Positions 13,860 through 25,836 of a stretch of DNA of 64,000 bases are shown in pieces. The translations under genes were made by a program, and so were the position numbers. The notes below the pieces were generated by a model. It was not told where the DNA came from and searched no databases. It worked only from the letters and a program-made list of their open reading frames with translations. Location of the stretch: the NCBI GenBank assembly GCA_951406725.2, contig OX597825.1:37696001-37760000 (forward strand), in the 5' to 3' direction. Each line of letters begins with the position of its first letter. The first letter of the stretch is position 1. This DNA comes from Octopus vulgaris. Lineage: Eukaryota.

Positions 13860-14279
13860 ATATGTGCACTATGGATTAGGTCACCTTCTCTGTGATGCTG
13901 TTAAAACTTTTTTAAAATTCTGTGATAAGACTGTACATCATCTTTAAAGAACTTTAATGAACTTTGGAAATCTGTTTATGTTACTTAATTATCTACTTCA
14001 TGAGTATAGCCTCAACCAATAGGATGTCTAGAGAACTCACATGTATTTTAGCTGATGAGTACAGGACACGTTTATATGCTGTAATTTTTGCAACTTTTAA
14101 TAAAGCCTGTCCTTGTATGAAACGATTGTACTAAAAACCTATCCATTCTTGTTGCTTCTTTCTCGCTTATAATCACCCCACATTATTGTATTGTTAAAAC
14201 AGTATAGTTTTTTTGGTGCATCTAAGTTAGGTATATTCAAGTAAATTCATTTAAATTAACTTGAATCTTTATTGCTTTT

Positions 14280-14281
<2 letters not shown>
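13860..14281 (+). mobile_element. 3' terminal segment of a second PLE family or non-autonomous HHR element
   Basis: Contains an HHR, continues past the IR to a T-rich end at (TA)n, and shows no visible similarity to the Neptune 3' region (11112-11780). Confidence 0.65.
14046..14136 (+). ncRNA. Type I hammerhead ribozyme with extended stem II
   Basis: TTTTAG-CTGATGA-GTACAGGACA...TGTCCTTGTAT-GAAA-CGATTG-TA-CTAAAA: 6-bp stem I, canonical core, about 10-bp stem II with a large loop, near-palindromic stem III ACGATTGT, GUA site. Confidence 0.88.
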
Positions 14282-14341
<60 letters not shown>

Positions 14342-14841
14342 ACATATTTGCGTCCAATACAGGCATAGTGGTAAAGAAAACTCTTAAATCTCCCAGATAA
14401 TGAATAATATTTCCTATCATTTTTGCTATCAATGCAAGCCTGGTTGTTGGTTATTTTCTTTGTGTAAATGCAAAGACACAACCTTTTATGAAAAGATTGC
14501 TGTATTAACCAAACTGTGAAATACAAACCACATGGAAAATTACTATACATATATTATGACAACGAAATGACCTGGAATCAGCTTTCACAGATCGCAGAAT
14601 TATTGCGAAAAATCACAGTGGACATATGAACTAAACAAAACCTATACCAGTTCCAGAGGAAAACTAAGGAAGGTCAGTCGAAGAGCTGCATAAAAGGACT
14701 TGAAGAATATTAGGATAAGAATTACCCAACATTTTCAGATTTTTCCGAAGAACAATTACGCCAAAAAGCTACATTTATGGAAAACACATATCACACACAT
14801 ACACACACATACACACACACACGCATACACGCACACACACA

Positions 14842-14896
<55 letters not shown>

Positions 14897-15027
14897 TGAT
14901 TGATAGATAGATAATTCCAGTCAAGGAGCTTTGTATCTACGTAAGAAACCGGCTCATTCTCTGCTAGTAATAAATTTTGAAATAAAACTGCATAATGACA
15001 TATATATATATGTATATATATATATAC

Positions 15028-15060
<33 letters not shown>

Positions 15061-15336
15061 TGTGTGTGTGTATGTGTGTGTTTGTATACATATATGTATG
15101 AATATACACATATATATGCATATACATATGTATATGGTAACTAATATAATTTAATGAAGAAGGAAATATATACTTATCTTTTATTTATGACATACATTAA
15201 TATATCAATATATGCCAAAAATGAAAGATAATTACCTAATATTTCTTTTTTCTTTGAATTATATTATTTACTATCTAGCGCGTCGGGTTCAACCTGAGCA
15301 CTTGGAAGTAGTTATATAATTAGAAGTAAGCAGTCA

Positions 15337-15518
15337 TTTCAGTCATTTGACTGTGGCCATGCTGGAGCACCGCCTTTAGTCAAGTAAATCGACCCCGCGA
15401 CTTTTCTTTGTTAGCCTAGTACTTATACTACCGTTTTCTTTTGCTGAACCGCTAAATTACGGGGACGGAAACATACACGCATTCCTTGTCAAGCGATGTT
15501 GAGAGGGAAACACAGGTT

Positions 15519-15550
<32 letters not shown>

Positions 15551-15719
15551 CATATATACGACGGGCTTCTTTCAGTTTCCCTCTACCAAATCCATCCACA
15601 AGGATTTGATCGGCCCGAGGCTATAGTAGAAGACACTTGCTCAAGTTGCCACGCAGTGGGACTGAACCCAAAACCATGTGGTTGGTAAGCAAGGTACTTA
15701 CCATACAGCCACTTCTACG

Positions 15720-15721
<2 letters not shown>
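15337..15721 (-). mobile_element. SINE family A, full length
   Basis: Reverse complement aligns over its length with 10577-10970. Confidence 0.85.
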
Positions 15722-15770
<49 letters not shown>

Positions 15771-16246
15771 CAGTTGCTCCGGCAAAACAAATTAATTAAT
15801 ATTGGGAATTTTGCGGAGAGTCAAAATTGGTGACACAAACGGAACAGTAAAAACTAAAAGGAAGGGCTGCCAAGCTTAAACGAGGTTGTGGTGGCGAACG
15901 CGTAAATCAAGCTTCGACAGGAGACAGACAAGAACACGTCTTCCTTGTTCCAGCTACAACGGAGATAAAGAAAGAAACACAAGTTAGTAGAAGAAAGAAA
16001 GTTGACCGATGGTCACGTATGAGCCACGTGAGCAAGGGACGAGGAATGACGGAGAGAGAATGACAGAGTAATAGGATAGAATAATGGGAGAAGTGGAGTA
16101 AAAGAATACGAGAGAAAAAGAGAGAAAAACGAAAGAGTAAAAATATCGTATAGAGTGCACTTCTGAATTATTAAGATAAAACTTCCTTGGAAGAGGATGC
16201 GTTGTGTTCAGTCATATAATAATATAAATAATATATATATATATAA

Positions 16247-16259
16247 TAATAATAGTAAT

Positions 16260-16356
<97 letters not shown>
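16247..16356. repeat. (AAT)n microsatellite
   Basis: Seen directly. Confidence 0.95.
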
Positions 16357-17150
16357 TTGCATATATACATACGAATATGTATATACTTACATCAATATAT
16401 ATATATATACATACATAATTATGTATATGCAGGACGTCACGAAATGTGTACAACAAAAAATACGAAGTACGAGTACATGGAATATGAACTATTTTTCGCA
16501 CAACGAAAGACACAAAGGGAAAACAAAACAAACAACATTATATATACACGCACTTAGAACAAGAAAAGAAAATGGAGATGAAGAAGTAAATAATTATTTA
16601 TTATTAAAAAATTGGCCATCTTTGAATCTTACAGCCGTTTCAATTATTACTAGATAAATTATTCCTCAAAGTTGTTCATTAAATTTGCATTTATGTGACA
16701 AGAACATAATTTCATCTGAGGGAAAAAATGTACATTGGGATTTTATATATGGATATGTCAGATCATTTCAGCAGACTAAATATTACGGTTTAAGATTTGT
16801 ATCATTGTATGATCGCCTGAAGTGTTTACAGATTAATTAGAATATGATTAAGGAGAAAGTAAATAAAATAAAACTAAAGCAATAAATAAAATAGAAATAG
16901 AGATGATTGAGGAAAGATGAATATAGTTATGGTACATTTATAGTTAATAAGAAAATGAAACATTCATTTGATAAGGAATAATTATTAACTTCCTTAACTC
17001 CATTTTCTTGTCTTTTTTTTAACTAGATACAAACTATGTGTTTGATATATTGTTATTTTTAAAAGGGAACTTCATTCACCAACAATACTAGTTATTGAAC
17101 CAGTATTTCCTTGGATGCAACCATCCTTTTGCGAGGCTAACATGTCCAAT

Positions 17151-17429
<279 letters not shown>

Positions 17430-18740
17430 CATTCATTAATATACAATCTCAAAACAAACGTAGTATGGCCGCATAATGCAAGCTGATGTTACAGATTCCC
17501 AACTAGGTAGCAGCGGCTTTGTATAATGTAGAATCGTTTTCAAATAAAAGTCAGTTGCTATGTTAATTTGCAGATACTTTTGCATACTCTATATATCCAT
17601 GGGCGAGTATAGTCATTAGAAAAGTTGCACTTTGTAAAATACATCGTTTGCAGCAATAGTGGAAATATAGGAAAATTTTATTTAAGGTTCCCTACTTAAT
17701 CAGTTTTCTGAATGCTGATTAAGATTTTCAAAATCTTCTGGAAAGTTTGGATGCAGACTTCTGAGCGTATCGATATTCCCGGACAAATTGGAGGTTTTCA
17801 CTTTCTTTTTAAAATAATATATTGAAAATAATATGAACTTGAATGCGTGATATATCTTATAGATATTACAGAAAACAAACAAGAATGGTTGTATACATAC
17901 ATATTTGTGTGTGTATGTGTGTGTATGACAAAACGTGTATTTATTAACCACCCCTCATTATTATTTGGGATTGTGAACACAAGAGAAGTATCGAATTAAT
18001 CAAGTGACCATCACGATCTCAATATAAAGGCATGTTGATAGAACTGTGAAGAATAGAACATACATTCTAAGAACGTCATCCCCAATTATTGCGGAATTTC
18101 GTCAGATTTGAAATAATATCTTGCTGTAATTAATATGAAATGAGTGGTACAGTTGGAACTTTTAAATGAACTCAATTTCAGATTTTCAGTCACTTTTATT
18201 ATGCTCTACTATAAACATTGCACACGATTTTGAAACACTGGTGAAAGTGATAATTGCAAATGCTCCCTATCATAAAACCGAATAATTATTTTGCAGTAAT
18301 AAATCAATGCTTGGTCGGTTGGCATCTTTAATAGGAATACGTTTATTTGTGCGGCAGGTAGTCATTTTAATTTTAATAACTATTTCGTAATTAATAATAT
18401 AAAAGATGGGCATTTATTCTAGCATTAAAAAACATAAATCTTCTGAGAGTGAATCATGAAGCAGATTTCTCTAGCAGATAATTATTTGATAATACATCAC
18501 AGGTAAATCCATAGAAATACAAGAACAAACCATTTATGGAAATATTTATTTTGCCACCCGATCTGCTAGATTTCCCCCAGATCACAATTTGTAAATGAAG
18601 AACACGTTGAATTATGTAATCCTGAATAAATTTTCCTGATATATATGTGATTATCATCACTAGAAAGCTTTTAACGTAAGTCTGCTTCATTAGAGATGAA
18701 TTAATGGTAATCCCTAAGCGAAGAAAACGAATCACTCAAT

Positions 18741-18945
18741 GTGGTAGAAATAGACGCCAAATTTTCTTCACGTCAGAAAATATTCCAAAAACAGAAGACG
18801 GAAACTTTTGACAATATGGTCTTAGATATTGTGTGTTTGAAAAGAGATGGAGAGGTTGTGACAGGAACATCTTTGATTAAGGCCTGCTCGACCAGGATTG
18901 ACCTGAGATTAAACTTCTACAAAAACACAACAGCAACAACTGCAA
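18741..18945 (+). mobile_element. Old SINE-like repeat with (CAA)-type tail
   Basis: Ends in caacagcaacaac; related to 9690-9890. Confidence 0.4.
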
Positions 18946-20842
18946 CTAAACGCACACTAGCAATATTAAATTAAGTTGTCGGCCGTGTATCATATTGCAA
19001 TCTCTGTAATGGATGTGACATTACGACCCACCAGTGTGCATTTGATTTTTAAAACATTAAAATTTTAAAGCAACAATGAAGAAATTTATTCTAAAGTGTT
19101 GCACCGTAAAGGCAAAATTCTGAAGATAGAATTTGATTTTAATAAAATGAAAAATGGAACGTTTCGGTGAAGGAATTAAATAGTCTAATAACTTTAAAGT
19201 AATTACTAAAATACTTCGAAATTGTATTCACTTGAAAAAGAACAGCATTGCAGGTATGTTATAAAGCTTAATTGCATTTACCATGACATTTACAAATGAA
19301 ATCGAATATGAACAAAGAGGATATTGGCTTTAAAAATATATTATAATACACACCCTATTATTTGTACGAACGAAACCGTCCTGTTGATTATTCAAGCTAT
19401 TAAGATTCTCTTATCTGTAGAACAGAATGTATATAAAGCATGACTGTGAACTAATGCATGTAACACTATTTGCAAATGTTCTGGAACAAAAGCGCAGTGA
19501 ATACTTTTTATTATTGAAAGGTTAATTATTTTCTTCGCGACGGACTGGCTACAGAGACATCACATGCTTCTGACACATTATGACTCAACAAAATTTAAAA
19601 TTATTGCTTGCTTCGTGTATTCTGATGGAAATTACAACGACAAACGCTAATTGCAAAGTCTTAAATTACTAACCCACTAGCTGAGAAAGGAATTTGAAAA
19701 ATATATCACGCATTTCCAAATCAATTTCTTGGAAATTATGCCAGATATATTTTGCATAATTTTCATTTAAGGTCGTCAGAGAAGCAGTGAGCACGACTCT
19801 AGTAGAGTGGCTTCTCATAAAAGAACTCTAATTAGCTGTGGAAATAATTAGCACTGTATATAATATATGATTAGGATTTATTTTTATAGCCACCTCATCA
19901 GCAACTTCGTAACTCTAGTAAATTACATGAGTGAACTCACGTTTGTGTGTCAGCAAAGTGGATAAAATTGCTTCAAACTACCAACATTCATATTAGTCAT
20001 AGTGTCTACAGCACTAAGGGGGTGAGTTCGCATTAAAAACTATCTGGTGAATGTATTTCTATCTTATTTCGAGGGAGCGGGATATGTTAACTACATTCCT
20101 AAGTGGTAAAATTAGTGTATAACCATTCCAATGTATAGGGTATATCAGACCATGAATGTGCAAAGTGCTAAATCTGCGATTACTTTAATTGCCAAAATGA
20201 ATATCAATTTTTTATCAGATATATTTTTAGCAGCTTTCTTCATTAGCTCAATGATAGTTGATCTATGTAAACAGAAGTGAATAGAGCTAGATGTTTTATA
20301 GTATAATTGATTACTAAGTTTCACTTTGCCTTCCATATTTGCAAGGTTGGTAAACAGAAAACAATCATTGTATCATTTATTAAATTATATTCCTTAGTAA
20401 TTTCGTTCTTCCTCCCAAAGTGAATAATATGATTTTTAGTGTGCATTTGGTCTCTGACATATAGCTGACTTATAGCTATTTTGAAGCAGCAGAAACTCTC
20501 CATCTCTTCTTATGGTAATATTTTGTGCGCATATATGAACGGATGAGAACCGAGCCATTAAAATGCATCATGCAGATCAACATTAGTTGAACTGCATAGA
20601 GGCACCATAAATAGATTGGCCAGATGTATGAAATAATGTTCTGAAAACAGAAGGTAACATTGGTTATTGAATCTTTGTGATATGTACAATTAGGTAATAC
20701 AATTATACTTAAAATAACATTTAGGATATACCGCTCGAGAACACCACATAGGTTATTGCTGAGCTTGAACACTGAATGTGTACACACACACACACACATA
20801 TATATGGGTATACATATATTTTTCCATATATATGTATGTATG

Positions 20843-20897
<55 letters not shown>

Positions 20898-22349
20898 TTA
20901 TACACATATATATATATATATGTATATCCAAAACAGATAATGGAGATATACTTATAAACATAAATGCAAATAATCACGTTTCCATTCGTATAAATACACG
21001 TTGTGTATATATCTATATGCCATTGTGAATGTATGTATATATAATTCCATAACCTCAAAGAGCATAATAAATCGCCTTTATGTTATTCAGAGTTCGTTGT
21101 TCTACTCAGAGAGAAGACCTAAACACCTCTGCTAAACTAGCTTATCAAAATATGAGAGTGTTCAAAATTCATTACTATTTCCAAGGCAATAGACAGATAA
21201 TAGTATAAGTTTCTTCCAATGATTAGACTTAAAACTGGGGAACCTCACCTTCATTTCCTGGGTAATGTTGGGCTTTACACTCAAAAAGAAAACAGAACAT
21301 CTTATTCTCAAGTATCATGCAACGAAAGTAATCTGTAGTGACATACAGCCTTTCGGAATCATACTTATAGACAGTGAATTTAAAGCCAACACGAGAAAAT
21401 AATAGCGTAAGATATCATTAAAAGCCATATTCTTCACGTAGCATTTCCTATATTCTGCATTCTAAATATACTATCAAAAGTGAATGAAAAATATAACGCA
21501 TTGATGGAGGTGCAGTGGCCAGGTTTGTTCCATTTCCTACCTCTAAATATTGTAATTTTTGATTTTAGATCTAGGTCACGTATGATGAAGTTGAACTTTG
21601 ATCACAGGTCGTTCGCTGTAATTATCCATAGCTTATTCAGAAACACTATTTATGTTGGATTTATTCACTGTATCATTTGGACATGTCAGATGGTAATGTG
21701 TGTGTGTGTGATTTGAGGGCGATTAGACTCCTATGTCCAATACATCGAACAACTATGTAGGCGTCCATTCAGTATGTTAGTTGAAAGTAGGTCAAAAATT
21801 TTGAGACGTTCGATTTTCGTGAAGGTCTCAAAAGAAAGAGACCACTGGAGCATGATGATAGAAAGCAGGTGTCTTGAAGATGTATTCCTGTGGAAGACAA
21901 TTGTTGTTACTGAGTGAGAGGAAGAGAAATAGGGAGTGAGAAAAAGAGGGGGAGAGAGAGGGGATAGAGAGTATATGTGTGGATGCGCGCGTGTGTGTTA
22001 GTGTTCGTGTGTGTGTGTGTGTGTGAACAAACAATGAATAACACATTTGGTTGTAATTTCATATGCTTAATGACAGTTTCACACATTACGATTTTACTTG
22101 AAATTTCGTCAGCATTGGACACATCCACGAAACATTAAGTACTGTGGAAGGGAGGCACCCACTTGGGAAATATGTAAGCGGACATGTGTGTTTATGTATG
22201 TATATGATGTATATGTACACATATGTGTGTATGTCTGTGCTTAGTGTGCGTTTGTGACTGTGTGTTAGTATGTATGCCTATATGTGCGCGTGTGTTCAGT
22301 AATAGGTCGGTGGCCATGCTGAGGCACCGACTTAAAAAATATTTAATTT

Positions 22350-22588
22350 CCCTCTTTTTTTCTCTCCGTTATTTCTCGCCCTCTTTTTCTTTATTCCTCT
22401 TCCTGTCTCACTCTTTGCCTTATCCTTTTTTTCTATCCCCTTTTCCTTTCTTCTCATTTCCCCTCAAACTAATTAAGTGAAAGCATTACAATTACATTCC
22501 CTCTGTCTCACGTCATGGTCACTCCTTTCTCCCTCTTTTTCACTATCTCTCTCTTTATCTCCAATCATGTGAAAGAGTTTCTAATGGG
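22350..22588. repeat. Pyrimidine-rich dispersed repeat, direct copy of 24123-24359
   Basis: Shared ctaatt.agtgaaag.attacaattacattccct...cacgtcatggtcactcct...aatggg. Confidence 0.85.
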
Positions 22589-23543
22589 CTATCTATCTAT
22601 CTATATATATATGCATATATAGAAACGTATATATATATACATATATATATATATAAGTAGATATGTATATATATATACGTATATGTGTAGATACATATAT
22701 ACATACATATATATGTATATGTATATATCTCTATCTACCTCTGTACCTATCCATAAATCTATCTATATAAATATATACATACATGCATATACATACATAT
22801 ATATATAAATCGGAAATGTGATTAAGGAAGTAACTCAGAGAAGGGCGTGGCATATATTTGAAGAAGGAAGATAAATATGTTAAAGTATATACCATTTAAT
22901 CTTTATTTTATTGAAATATACGCTTCTAAAGGCGGTAAAGCAAACGCTTGGTAGCAAATGGAAAGTCTTTGTAGCTTCACAAGCCACCGACTTATAATCT
23001 TTGCAACGATATGTTTTAGTGTCTTGTGTTTTAAAAAAGATAGCGTAAGTGCTGTGCTAATGAGTTATATTGCATCAAGCATACATATGCATAGATGTAG
23101 TCATGTCTGCACGCAGTCAGTTTGTATTTTTCTTATGCCATATCATCTTTATTCTTGAGATGTTCTCATTCGATATTTGTATCATTGTGACGTAGCGAAT
23201 ATTCTACCGTTTCTGGAAGTGAAAATAATATCAGTCAACCACCAACATTTTATCCGATCACACTGGCTGTTGTTGGCTACACAGTGACATGGGTAGTGAG
23301 TTACCTAACTGATTTAGCATCCAGTCACTAAAGTGACAATGAAGTTGGCACGTTTTTGTAGTGCACCTTTATTATTTCCTCTAACGATTTAAATGCTTTG
23401 CGAATTTTCCTCCTCTGTGTGTTTCCCACAAAGGCTCAATTATCTGTTTGTTTCTTTCTTCTTTCTTTTCAGAAATTCCTCTCACTTTTTATCTCCGTTT
23501 CTGTATGTATGTATATTATATATATATATATATATATACACAA

Positions 23544-24394
23544 ACTAGCGAGACCGAGGGTATTTCATGTAATTAATGATAAACCTATTGGGTTATTTCT
23601 GAAAACTTTATACAAATAACTTGAAAGTGTAGCCTGTGTTGTGTCGGTATGGAAACATAGTCGCTCATCTGCTGCTCATTGAAAAGTGAAAGAAATTGAA
23701 TACGATGATTACTTAATGCACTTTCTATATACACATTATATACTTTATGCACCGGTTTATGGATTTAATACACAGCACCCATAAAATAAACATCCACTCT
23801 TAATTTACCATTTTTGCCATAAAATAAAAACAATAACCCGTATATAAGATAAAACCTTTGCTTAAACTGCATATATCCGCCACGTAAATAAGCGTGAATA
23901 ATTCCCGTAATTGCACTTAAGTGACAGGTGATAAACATTGCACTTAAGTGATAAGCGCTGAGCGGTAAGTAAAAAATTAGTTCAATTAAAAAAAAAATAC
24001 ACCCTTCACTATTCAGTCACCATCAGAATATCACCCTCTGCTAAAACTATGTTTAATTTTTCTCCTCTATATCATCAATAACTTCAGCAAAGTTTTACAA
24101 TCAATTAACAAATATTACGCTACCCCTTTTCTCTCATCGTTTTTTGTCGCCCGCTTTTTCTTTATTCCTCTTCCTCTCTCACTCTTCGCCTTATCCTCTT
24201 TTTCTCTCCCCTTTTCCTTTCTTCTCATTTTCCCTTCAACTAATTCAGTGAAAGTATTACAATTACATTCCCTATACGTCACGTCATGGTCACTCCTCTC
24301 CCCTATTTTTCACTATCTCTCACTTTTTCTCTAAGCAAATGAAAGCGTTACCAATGGGTTAAGTAAAGTAATGACAAGTAGAATTATTATAAGG
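23544..24394 (-). mobile_element. Possible non-autonomous Helitron-like element
   Basis: Minus-strand 3' end ...cgctagt (CTAG|T) and an internal segment repeated at 22350; no 3' hairpin evident. Confidence 0.3.
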
Positions 24395-24537
24395 TAAATA
24401 TAAAATTAATATAACCAGCTACGCGCAATATAAAACTATACAGGAGACATTTAAATGTCACTAATTGCGGAAGAGGGTGCTGAATAGCACCTATATGGCT
24501 AGAAATGATAAGAGTTGATACAGATAAGGCTGCATAA

Positions 24538-24611
<74 letters not shown>

Positions 24612-24643
24612 GTGTGTGTGTGTGTGTGTGTGTAAATATGCAT

Positions 24644-24825
24644 GGTGAGCTGGCAGAATCGTTAGCCCGCAGGGTGAAGTGCTTAGTGGCATTTCGTCTG
24701 GCGAGGCCGACTTAGCATTTCATCATTTCAGGGTCGATTAAATAACTACCAGTTACACACTGGGGTCGATGTAATCGACTTAATCCCTTGTTTGTCCCGT
24801 CTATGTTTAGCCCCTTGTGGGCAAT
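24644..24825 (+). mobile_element. SINE family B with internal deletion
   Basis: Head ggtgagctggcagaatcgttag and the body shared with 6845-7040. Confidence 0.75.
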
Positions 24826-24964
24826 ACATACATACATACACACATACATATATATATAGTCTTCTTGACTAATTTTTTTTTGCACGGTAGACCACTGGAA
24901 ATGTAAATTTTGATTGAATATTTTAATTTTAATTAAATTCAATTTCTCTTTGAAATGATTAAAT

Positions 24965-25041
<77 letters not shown>

Positions 25042-25052
25042 TAGATATCAAT

Positions 25053-25084
<32 letters not shown>

Positions 25085-25634
25085 CAATAGCTATAACTAT
25101 ATATATAGAAAGAGTTAGGGGAAATATTGTTTAGAAGAACTGCAATAATCTATAAGTGCTTAGACAGTACCTTTAGATTCAGGAACAAAATCTTGTATGT
25201 ATGTGTATGGGCAGATAAATGCATCTACACACACAATGTCCAAATTTTCTTTACAGTACTTTCTCTTCAGAGAGATGAAGAGGAAAGAATTCTTCCCTGC
25301 AATTCATTGCAGGATGTAAGCAGAGATTATTATATACTTCTTGTATTAGAAATGTTTTCCTATATATAATGCAATGTGTGTTCATGTGTGCGTGTGAGTG
25401 TAAATGTATACAAGAAGTACATGTATGCTCGTCTATGTTATGTATTTTTTAATTTTATATAAAACTGAGGCGTAATGTATAGTCGTTAGTCTTCTAAATG
25501 ATATATTTATATAAACAAACACAAGCACATATACATGCGAACTCCTATGTAAATACAGATACTCTCTTAGACAAACATGTATATATTATACATATATGCG
25601 TACATATATAATATGCATATACATACATACAAAC

Positions 25635-25665
<31 letters not shown>

Positions 25666-25734
25666 CATGCATATATATGTATATATATGTATATATGTAT
25701 ACAAATATATATATGTACACACATATATATATAT

Positions 25735-25836
<102 letters not shown>

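Larger units (their letters stand above)
13600..14163. repeat. 249-bp inverted repeat (13600-13848 / 13915-14163), 66-nt spacer
   Basis: Arms compared base by base by eye and found identical. Confidence 0.95.

Noticed and set aside
14590-14780. GLEEY*DKNYPTFSDFSEEQLRQKA, resembling an R4/Dong N-terminal region
   Set aside because: Too short and interrupted to call without a profile search.
25250-25272. Minus-strand CTGAAGA-GAAA-GTAC
   Set aside because: No stem II and no stem I; chance match.
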